The notes under the pieces are model-generated. The model did not search any database and was not told the DNA's origin. It worked only from the letters and a program-made list of their open reading frames with translations. A stretch of DNA of 63,414 bases, the filler included. It is 9 parts of 9 records of this genome, joined end to end, with 100 filler letters (N's around TTAATTAATTAA, not from the genome) between each part and the next. Parts side by side here need not be neighbours in the genome. Positions count along the whole stretch, not along the records: positions 1 to 13,108 come from SRR7504441_136; positions 13,209 to 17,913 come from SRR7504441_143; positions 18,014 to 23,247 come from SRR7504441_144; 6 more parts are not named here. One strand, written 5' to 3'. Each line of letters opens with the position of its first letter. Positions within the stretch are counted from its first letter, which is position 1. Made by a program: the position numbers and the translations under genes. This document shows positions 12,183-20,586 of this stretch, in pieces.

Positions 12183-12500
12183 CTGCTCAACGGCTCAACA
12201 AGGGTTTGGGCTTGCAGCACCCGCACTGAGCTTGCGCCGGGTAGTTCAGTCCGGATTCTAATTACTTCTATTGGTTATAATTATTGGGAAGCTCACCTAC
12301 TGGTATCGTCTACTGGCTACTAGCTCCTGGTTACTTGACCTACTGGATGATCTACTAGCTTACTACTAGCTACTGCCTACTTCAATCCCATCCTACTCTA
12401 CCTGGTTGCCGGCTGCGGCTGGCGCGGCTGGCTCTGTCCGTTGGAGTTCGTTATCGTTTCCAAGATCGCCCGGGCTGCTCACATTGCTTAGCTCACACCC

Positions 12501-13108
12501 ATGGCTCAGTCGATCCCGATCAAGCTGCTGCTCAACCCGTTCGCCTGGCTGCTCTGGCTCCTGGACTTTCTCCTCTTCGTCGTCTACTTCGTGGTCCGCC
12601 CCCCTTCTTCTGCACGCGCCCGTTACCGGCCGGCAGGTTTACGGCTGGATCCAGACCGTGATCGCCCACCTCAAAGACACCGGCAACCCGGGCGTCCAGG
12701 TCCCCGCCCGACCCGGTCTGGCTCAGCGGGTGCGCCCAGTTGCCCGACGGCCAGTGGCGGCTGAACTCGCCGGTCTCAAACCCCGATTTGCTCGCCAAGG
12801 CCGGGGCGGTGGCTTCCGGGGGGAGGGGGGCACCGACCGGGTGGGCGGCAGGGACTGGGGCGGACCACGGCCTGGGGCTGCATCAAGAGCGCGTGCGAGG
12901 AATTCGGCAACACGCGATGCATGGGCACCCGGCAGTACGTTGGGACCTGGCGCAAGGAAGCCGGGCACAAGATCGTCAAGAAGATCTTTACTGCCAAGCC
13001 CGAGTGGAGCACTTACTCCGCCTTCTACGGCCAGGTACAGTGCACAACTAGTAGATTGTATGTGAGCTCGTCGCCCACATCTGCTCCATCCATTACCCCC
13101 CCCCCCCC
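12501..13108 (+). CDS. Probable long-chain acyl-CoA synthetase, N-terminal part (truncated by contig end)
   Basis: N-terminal TM, then spliced TTAWGCIKSACEEFGNTRCMGTRQY...EWSTYSAFY, resembling LACS/ACSL N-termini; AMP-binding motifs not reached. Confidence 0.55.
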
Positions 13109-13208
13109 NNNNNNNNNNNNNNNNNNNNNNNNNNNNNNNNNNNNNNNNNNNNTTAATTAATTAANNNNNNNNNNNNNNNNNNNNNNNNNNNNNNNNNNNN
13201 NNNNNNNN
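13109..13208. other. Artificial contig spacer
   Basis: 44 N + TTAATTAATTAA + 44 N; same spacer at 17914, 23248, 29481, 40424, 47121, 50668 and 57356. Confidence 0.98.
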
Positions 13209-13317
13209 GAATAGTCTATGAGGGTAGGGGCTCGTCACGGTATTAACCTATGGCCCTATGCACACAGCAGACTCGATACACGCTCGACAGGGGAGTGCTT
13301 CACTGTGCTTGATATCA

Positions 13318-14550
13318 TCACCAGCCCCCGCCGTCTCTCTCCACGCCGCGCAGCAACCGGAGTCCGGCGTGCAGCCTCTTGTTCTCAGCCTCCAGCTCAC
13401 CCACCCGCCCGACCTGCATCGCGGCCTCGGCTCCAGCCCTGTGCACCTCCGCCTGCATCCGCTCCAGCTTCGCCTGCGCCTCGCCCACTGCCCGCGCCAC
13501 CAGCGCTTCGGTTCTGCCTGCGGCCTCCGCCACCGCCGCCTGGGCCCTTCTCTCGGCCTGATCTCGCCCCGCCGCCGCCGCCGCCCGCCCGGTCTGCTCT
13601 GCCCTGCACGCCCTGCCGCCCCGCTCCACGCGGCCAGCGGCCCGGGCACCGCTCCAGCTCGGCCGCCTTGCGCTCCCAGTCGGCCCGCCGCCGGCGCTCG
13701 CTGGCCAGCTGGGTGTGCAGCTCAGCCCTCTCCGTCTCCCAAGCTGGCCCTCGATCCAGCCGGCGCAGCTCAGCCTGCGCCGCCTGCAGCTGCCCGGCGA
13801 GCTCGGCCTGCGCCCTTCGGTGCTCCGAGGCCTGCCCCGCCCTCAGCCGGGGCAAGGCTAGGGCAGGCCTGCTGGTCGAGCTGCAGGTCCAGTTGCCGCT
13901 GGAGCGTCTCACGCAGCCCCTGCCCGAGCCTCCCTCCGGGCCCTGCCAGCCGGCACCAGCTCTCTCTCGTACAGCTGGCGGTAATCGTCCAGCGCCAGAC
14001 ACACCGGCGGTGGTGGGGGTGTGCCTCCGCACGGCGAGAGCTGCCGTGGTGGCGGAGACATCGAGTGGGCCGGTGGGGACAGGATCGGCGGTGGAGAGGA
14101 GAATATGGGCGACAGGCAGAGCAGTCGGTCTGGCGGCGGTGAGGGCGGGAGTGGCGGCGGGGAGCCCGGCGGGGAGCCGGCCGGTGGCAGGCTGCGCTCG
14201 ACGGCCTGGCTCGCCTCCCGGCACAGCGCCCGGGCCAGCGGGCCAGCTTCTACCCACTCGAGCGTCTGCCGCATCCTCTCCATCATCCGCCGCCGGGCGG
14301 CCAGTCCGTGATGGGCCTGCCGGGCCTCAGCCCCGCCCGCCACAGCCTGCACCGTCCGCTCGAGCAGCCCCGCCCGCCCTGCCACCAGCGCCCGGCGGGG
14401 CGGCGGCATGGAGGCCAGTCGCGGCCTGGGCGCGCTAGGACGCGGCCGGGGGGGCGAGACGCTCGACGCCCGCCCCCCCCGCGGCTCCGGCCGGCTCGGC
14501 GCGTCCACGTCCGCCGGATCGGCCGCACCTCCTACGGGATCGGTCGCCAT
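13318..14550 (-). CDS. Coiled-coil protein with Pro-rich region (spliced), function unknown
   Basis: ATG 14550; E/R/A/L-rich heptads spread over three frames linked by intron-like segments. Confidence 0.55.
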
Positions 14551-14582
14551 TGATTCGAGCTTGAGGTTTGGATTCAACCAGC

Positions 14583-15863
14583 ATGGCGTCGTCGCCCTCA
14601 TCAGGCCGGCGGCTGCGGCGGCCCAAGAAGGGCGGCGCCCCCCGGACCCGGCGGCTGAGCGAGGTCAAGGAGAACGAACGGCCGCGGGGGGTGTGGCTGC
14701 CGGTGATCGAGGCGGCCAAGCGAGGCAACCTGCCGGCGCTGCACTCGATTCTTGCCGCCGACTCAAGCCAAGAGTGGGCCCAGGCCGCTGACCAGTCCGG
14801 GTGCACTGCCGTCTGGTGGGCGGCCGCAGGAGGGCACACCCCGGCGCTCTGGCTGCTGCTGGCGAGCGGGTGCGATCAATAGCTACAAAGCTGAGGGCGG
14901 GGCAGGGCCAGTGCCAACACCTCGCACCAGAACGGATGCTCGCCACTGGCCGCCGCCGCGCTCAACGGACACGCTGAGCCGATCCGTGCGCTGCTTGCGG
15001 CCCGGGCCGAGACCGATCGGCCGAGCCAGTGGGGGAGCACCCCGCTCTGGTGGGCGGTCTCCAATGGCCACCTGGAGGCGGTTGAGACGTTGATTCAGGC
15101 CAGGGCCGACCCCGGCGCGGCGGACAAGGAGGGCACCGGCCCGCTCGGGCTGGCGGCCGGCAAGGGCCGGGTAGAGGAGCTCATCCAGCTGGTGGCGGCC
15201 GGGGCCCCACTGGATGCGCTGGATGGTGGAGGCAGGAGCCCGGCCTGGCTCTCGAGCAGAGTGGGCGCACAGGAGGCGCTGGCGGTGCTGCTGGCGGCCA
15301 AGGCCGAGCCCAACACGGCCGATAAGGACGGCTGGCCGGCACTGTCTGCCGCCGCCGCGCAGGGGCACCTTGGGGCAGTGAGGCAGCTGCTGGCGGCGAG
15401 GGCGCTCCCAGACCAGACGTGTGGTGCGGGGCTTACTCCGCTGATGGAGGCCGCCGAGGAGGCCCACGAGCCGACCGTCCGGGCGCTGCTCGAGGCGGGG
15501 GCCGATCCGGGCCGGCTGAGCCTGCACGGGCGGAGTGCGTTGGGGATGGCGGCCAGTGGGGGGGACGGGCCGACTGTGCGGGCGCTGCTGGAGGCGGGGG
15601 CAGAGCCGGGCGGGGCGCTGCTCGAGGTGGCGGCCTGGGGCAGCCTGGGGGTGGTAAAGCTGCTGCTGGCGGCCAAGGCCGACCCGGACAGGCTGGACGC
15701 TGAAGGGATGAGCCTGGCCCAGCAGGCGGCTGCGAGAGGCAGGCTGGAGCTGGCGGAGCTGCTCAGCGGCAGGCGGCCCGGCCGGCGCAAGTGGGCCAGG
15801 CCAGACCCGCCCCGCAGCTTTATCGAGGCGAACGCAGCCAGTGAGTGCAAACCGAGAAGATAG
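14583..15863 (+). CDS. Multi-ankyrin-repeat protein
   Basis: About ten repeats (GCTAVWWAAAGGH, GSTPLWWAVSNGH, GLTPLMEAA); one 36-nt intron near 14870-14905. Confidence 0.85.
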
Positions 15864-15987
15864 GTGGTAGCTGCCAAGCATTTCAGCTTCGCTTAAGTAA
15901 CGACGAGTTAGAGTAACACGATAGTAACACGATAGGTTCACTAGCTTGTAGAATTACTGAGTGATTTCATTACCAGCTTAAGCTGTC

Positions 15988-16686
15988 TTACATATTAAGG
16001 ACGGTCTTCACGACCTGAATAGCCACTAGAGGGGGCAAAATAATTACCTTCTCTAACAGAGAAGGCGCGTGTCGCTCGGCCTGCAACTTGGCCTCTTGGT
16101 CGGCTTGCTCCCGGCGCTCGGCTTGCTTCCGGAGCTGCTCCGCCTCCTCCTCCCGGGTTTCTTCCACGCCGAGATATGCCTGGACGAGGGCCTTGTGATT
16201 CTCCAACTCGGCCTCCAACTTGTCCCGCTCGGCCTCCGACTCGGCCTGGGTTAGGGCTAGCTCCAGCCCAACCTTCCGCTCGGCCTCCAGCTCGGCCCGC
16301 AGCTCGGCCGCCCGGGCCTCGGCCGCCTGGGCCCGCTCCTCCGCTGCCTTCGCGTGGTCCTTCTGCAGCTCGGCCTTCATCTCGGCGTGCTCCTGCCCCC
16401 CGATCAGCGCCTTGGCGATCTCGCAGCGCGCCTTGACGATCAGCGTGAAGCTGCCCGGGATGAAGTTGCTCTGAATCCCGAGGTCGTCCCGGAGCTGCGC
16501 CGCCTCGTTCCGCGCCGCATCGAGCTGGAGGGTGAGGTCCTCGTTCTGCGCGACGAGCGCGGCGTTCTCGGCCGTCAGCTCGGCCACCACCTGGCGTCTT
16601 GTCTCGGCCATCACCTGGTACTGCCCGAACAAGCCGGCGGGCCGGGAGCCGGTCTCGACCACATGCTTGGAGAAGCTCGGAGCCAT
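15988..16686 (-). CDS. Coiled-coil hypothetical protein with hydrophobic C-terminus
   Basis: Open frame with E/A/K/L heptads; likely ATG 16686; CCGTTA upstream at 16792. Confidence 0.6.
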   Translation of the reverse strand: MAPSFSKHVVETGSRPAGLFGQYQVMAETRRQVVAELTAENAALVAQNEDLTLQLDAARNEAAQLRDDLGIQSNFIPGSFTLIVKARCEIAKALIGGQEHAEMKAELQKDHAKAAEERAQAAEARAAELRAELEAERKVGLELALTQAESEAERDKLEAELENHKALVQAYLGVEETREEEAEQLRKQAERREQADQEAKLQAERHAPSLLEKVIILPPLVAIQVVKTVLNM

Positions 16687-17913
16687 GTTGTGGCAGTTCG
16701 TATTGAACAAATATTTTCGCATCGTGGATGCACAACTCGTTGGTGTTATCCTTAGCTACCTACAATCTACCAGGTACCGGTAACTCCCAAGCCGTTATTT
16801 TTGCCGTTTTTTATATCTGGCGCGCCAGGCTGGCCGACCGCGAGGCGCTGTGGGGCGATGTGGGGTCATGCGACAGCGCTGTGGGGCGCGCGGCCGCACG
16901 TTGCGGTGAGTCCGCACCCGCCGTCCGTTGCTGGCCGCCCACCCGCCCGGGCAGGACCCACAGCCGCGGGTGCAGGATGCGCGCGGCCGCCGGCCCGCGG
17001 GGGTCGCGTGCGGCGGTCCAGGCCGCGCGGAGGGGCTGCGTCGTGGCCGGGCAGCTTTCTGGGCCGGCGCTGGCTCCCGAGAGGCCACCTGGAGCCCGGC
17101 ACCGGCTCGGGTGCTTGACATTCAAGCATAATTTGGCATCCGAATCCGAGAGAGTCCTGCCGTCTGCCCTCCCAACGGTTGTTGTATCTCAGGGGTGATA
17201 CCTCTCGGGGGGGGGGGGCAGCGGCTTGCGGACCTGGCACGCGCAGTTGCTGGGCCTGCCGCTTGAACCAGCGCTGCTGGGCCAGCTGGCCAGCTGCCAC
17301 GGAGCTCTGGCCAGAGTCCGCTCAGGTGTCAAGCTTGGTTGACCCTTGTCTGATCGGACTGCAGGGGGGGCGTCGGGCACGGCGGACGCAGCTCAGCGGG
17401 CGGCCGGGTGGGCTCGGGCCGAGGGAGTAGTGAACGCTAGTGCCCAACAGCAGTCCGCTCTATGGAGAGGACAGGCTGACCCTGAGGTGAGCTGGCTGGG
17501 GACCAATGCAAGGGGCTAAGGGCTGCCAAAACAGCGCCGTCTCGGTCCGGGCGGAGCTGCTCTAGATCGGGTAGGCCGCCGTGGCCTGACACTGTGCACC
17601 GGGCTGGCTGGAGGCGCTGCTGACAGGCTGGAGTAGCCCACGAGGCCGAGGCAGCCAGACTGCTGTCATGCTGGAATCGGAGACGGACAGGGCTGCAAAC
17701 CAACAAGGAGCAAGCTGTTGGGACTCGGGAGTGGTCTCGCCGGTGTTACGGGCGCTGGGAAGGTCGAGATTCCCGAAATTTGCCTGTTTGATGTGCCTAG
17801 TTCATAGATAGATAAGCTAGCATCTAGCTCGAGATTGACGGACTAAGCTTACGTACGAGTACATATATTTGTTGGATTTATATACAATGTTTAGTCTGAG
17901 ACTACAATGCAGT

Positions 17914-18013
17914 NNNNNNNNNNNNNNNNNNNNNNNNNNNNNNNNNNNNNNNNNNNNTTAATTAATTAANNNNNNNNNNNNNNNNNNNNNNNNNNNNNNN
18001 NNNNNNNNNNNNN
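17914..18013. other. Artificial contig spacer
   Basis: N44-TTAATTAATTAA-N44. Confidence 0.98.
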
Positions 18014-18241
18014 GATGACCCCGGGTATGATGCGAGCAACCTGAGCAGGAGTTCATGTTGGTTTGCCATCCACCACCGCCAGCCCGAACTCCAACGGCAG
18101 ACGAAGCTCGGCCTCGGCGGCGCTTACCTTGTAAGTCTCCCGGTTGGCCAACCGCGCAAAGCTGGCCCCGGCCGGCCACGCTTCCTCGGCCGCCCGCAGC
18201 GCTGCCTCCTGCCGCTCCTGCTTACTGGAGCCCCCTCCCAT
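18014..18241 (-). CDS. 5' fragment of a probably N-myristoylated protein
   Basis: Starts MGGGSSKQ (MGxxxS); GTAAG donor after ETYK; truncated by contig end. Confidence 0.55.
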
Positions 18242-18255
18242 CCTGGAGACTATAA

Positions 18256-18273
18256 TAACGGATAAGATAACGG
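18256..18273. promoter_or_regulatory. Two tandem TAACGG motifs in a 32-bp divergent gap
   Basis: ATAACGGATAAGATAACGGATG between ATG 18241 (-) and ATG 18274 (+). Confidence 0.65.
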
Positions 18274-19023
18274 ATGCCGCTGTGTTGGATCGGCGCCGCT
18301 CTCGCGGGAGCGCTCCTGCACCGGGCGCTCCGGCCACACCGGGCGCAGCCAGAGCACCGTGCTTCCTCCCGCGCTGACCGGCTTCGGGCCGCGGCCGGGC
18401 GCCGGCTGGCGGGGCTCCGAGTGGTTCTGGACCGGGTGGGCGACGCCGGGAACAGGGCCGCGGTGCTGAGGACCTGCGAGGCTTTCGGGCTGCTGCACGT
18501 GCACGAGATCCCGCCGCCTGGCGGGCTGTACGCCACCTCAGCTGGTCGGTCCACTGTTAACGGGGCCGAGAAATGGCTCCGAGTGCACACCCACGGCTCG
18601 GCTGCCGAGTGCGTCGGGGCGCTCCGGGGGGAAGGGTTCACCGTGCTCTGTGCTAAGCCGCCCCAGCCAGCTGATGACCGGCTGTCGAGCAAGCCGGTGC
18701 CGCTCGACCGGATCGACTTCGGGCGTCGGGTGGCTTTGGTGTTTGGGAACGAGCGGTTTGGTGTGTCGGCGGAGATATCGGAGCAGGGCGACGCCGACTT
18801 CTGGATCCCGACCCCGGGGCTGAGCGAGAGCCTGAATGTGAGCACGGCGGTGGCGGTGGCCGTGCACTGGGGACGGGTGTCGCGGGAGAGGGCGTTGGGG
18901 CGAGGCACGGATCTGAGCCCCGGCGAGGCGGAGCAGCTGTTGGAGGAGTATACAGAGCTCAAGCCGCACTTTGTAAAGCAGGTGCCCGGCCCGGTGGGGG
19001 GGGTGCGAGCCGCTGCAGGTTAA
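18274..19023 (+). CDS. Second SpoU/TrmH-family RNA methyltransferase
   Basis: VVLDRVGDAGNRAAVLRTCEAFG, ALVFGNERFGVS, IPTPGLSESLNVSTA; the 3' end may be spliced. Confidence 0.9.
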   Translation: MPLCWIGAALAGALLHRALRPHRAQPEHRASSRADRLRAAAGRRLAGLRVVLDRVGDAGNRAAVLRTCEAFGLLHVHEIPPPGGLYATSAGRSTVNGAEKWLRVHTHGSAAECVGALRGEGFTVLCAKPPQPADDRLSSKPVPLDRIDFGRRVALVFGNERFGVSAEISEQGDADFWIPTPGLSESLNVSTAVAVAVHWGRVSRERALGRGTDLSPGEAEQLLEEYTELKPHFVKQVPGPVGGVRAAAG

Positions 19024-19210
19024 GGTCAGTCGTCGGGCCCAAAGTCAGATCGCGCCGGGCTAGCAGGCATTGCTTGTGACTTCGATTACTGCTTAATGTT
19101 AGACTACGCACTCGTACGATAATGAGGTTACGACAGTAACGATGCGTATACGTACTCCGACGTAGGTAGCTGTATGGTTGCAATCGAATGGAGCACATTA
19201 TTTATTATTA

Positions 19211-20524
19211 TCAGTTCCCCCGCCCGGCCCCGTCTTTAAATGTTTTCATCGCCGTTGCAATTCGGCGCGCCGCCTCTTCGTGGGCCTCCGGCGGCGACGC
19301 GGCCCAGCACGCTCGAAAGAACCCCGGCTCTGACGCAAAGCAGTCCTGCCCGGGTGTTAGCAGAACACCTCCGCCGTCTGCGGCCGGGTCTGTCCCGTGC
19401 ATAGTGGCAAACAAATTCCGTTCGTCCTCAAACGTCGCCCCTTCCCGGGGCAGCGCCGACCTAAGGTCCAGCCAGGCAAACATTGCAGCCCCGCCACCGT
19501 AAACAGGCACCCCTTGGCCACTCAGAGCCGCTTGGAGGCCCCCGAAAGATGACCGCAGCGCGGCGCGGTTCTCCTCCAGGAATTGATCAACCCACCCGAC
19601 ATCGTTGAGCACCTCGGCCACTCGCTCCTGGTGGGGCCCGGGGACGGTGGTCATGTACCCAAGGTTCCCCCAGGCGCTCTTTACCTCTTCGTGGCGAGTA
19701 GCGATAGCCCCGATCCGAAACCCGGAGACACCAAAGTCCTTGGCCAGGCCGTAGACTACGTGCACGCTCTGCGCCGCCGCCTCCGGCCCTGGCAGCTCCA
19801 TGGCCATGTCCCAGGCGCTCTCTCGCCTCAACTCGAGGCCGTCCCCAAACACACTGGCGGCATAGATCTCGTCAGCCACAACGTGCATCCCCTTCCGCAC
19901 AGCCCATTCGATCGCCCGCTGCATCCATGCGCCTTTCCACACGGTGCCGAGAGGATTGGTCGGATTTGTCAACAGAAGAACGCGCGGCGTGTTTCCAGCC
20001 GCTGTGGCCGCCGCGTGGGCCTCCTCGAGCGCCGCGATAGTTGGGAAGAATTCACTCCGTCGTTCTGTTGGCACCAGCTGCACCTTCACGGCCGCGCGCG
20101 ACTCCAGGTCGTTGATGAATGTCGGGTACAGCGGGGCTGGCAGCAGGCAGGCGTCGCCCGGATCACACAGGATGTGGAACAGCGTGTCGAGGCAGCTGCC
20201 GCAACCATTCCCCACCACCAAATCGTCCGCCTCCACTGCGTGCCGGCGTGTCACGTGCCGGCTCATGAACCCAGCCAGGGCCTCCCGTAACTGCGAGGTT
20301 CCCCGAAAGTCCTGGTAATAGAGGGAATCGCGGCTCGGGGAGGAGGAGGCGGCCTTCCAACGATCTCGGAAGGTCTCTGACATGAGCCTGTTCTCGGCGA
20401 TGACCATCGTAATGTTGCCCTGCGGATCGGACGGGGTCCAGGGCCGCTCCAGCGCCGCGAAGGTTATCGGGAAGTAAGACGAGAGCGGGACCAGCGCCCG
20501 CGAAGCCCGTCGCGAGAGAGCCAT
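19211..20524 (-). CDS. ACC-synthase-like PLP-dependent class I/II aminotransferase
   Basis: IAENRL, YQDFRG, TNPTNPLG, VVADEIYAASVF, YGLAKDFGVSGFRIG (PLP Lys), EPGFFRAC; intronless. Confidence 0.88.
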   Translation of the reverse strand: MALSRRASRALVPLSSYFPITFAALERPWTPSDPQGNITMVIAENRLMSETFRDRWKAASSSPSRDSLYYQDFRGTSQLREALAGFMSRHVTRRHAVEADDLVVGNGCGSCLDTLFHILCDPGDACLLPAPLYPTFINDLESRAAVKVQLVPTERRSEFFPTIAALEEAHAAATAAGNTPRVLLLTNPTNPLGTVWKGAWMQRAIEWAVRKGMHVVADEIYAASVFGDGLELRRESAWDMAMELPGPEAAAQSVHVVYGLAKDFGVSGFRIGAIATRHEEVKSAWGNLGYMTTVPGPHQERVAEVLNDVGWVDQFLEENRAALRSSFGGLQAALSGQGVPVYGGGAAMFAWLDLRSALPREGATFEDERNLFATMHGTDPAADGGGVLLTPGQDCFASEPGFFRACWAASPPEAHEEAARRIATAMKTFKDGAGRGN

Positions 20525-20570
20525 GTGGCCTCGTTCACGCTGGCACACGCCCCGGTGCTGTCGTTGCTAA

Positions 20571-20576
20571 TAACGG
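20571..20576. promoter_or_regulatory. TAACGG motif in a 62-bp divergent gap
   Basis: Between ATG 20524 (-) and ATG 20587 (+). Confidence 0.6.
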
Positions 20577-20586
20577 AAAATCCCAC

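Noticed and set aside
13109-13208. Repeated TTAATTAATTAA palindrome flanked by N runs (eight copies)
   Set aside because: Identical 100-bp all-frame-stop linkers between contigs; not biological, and gene adjacency across them is meaningless.
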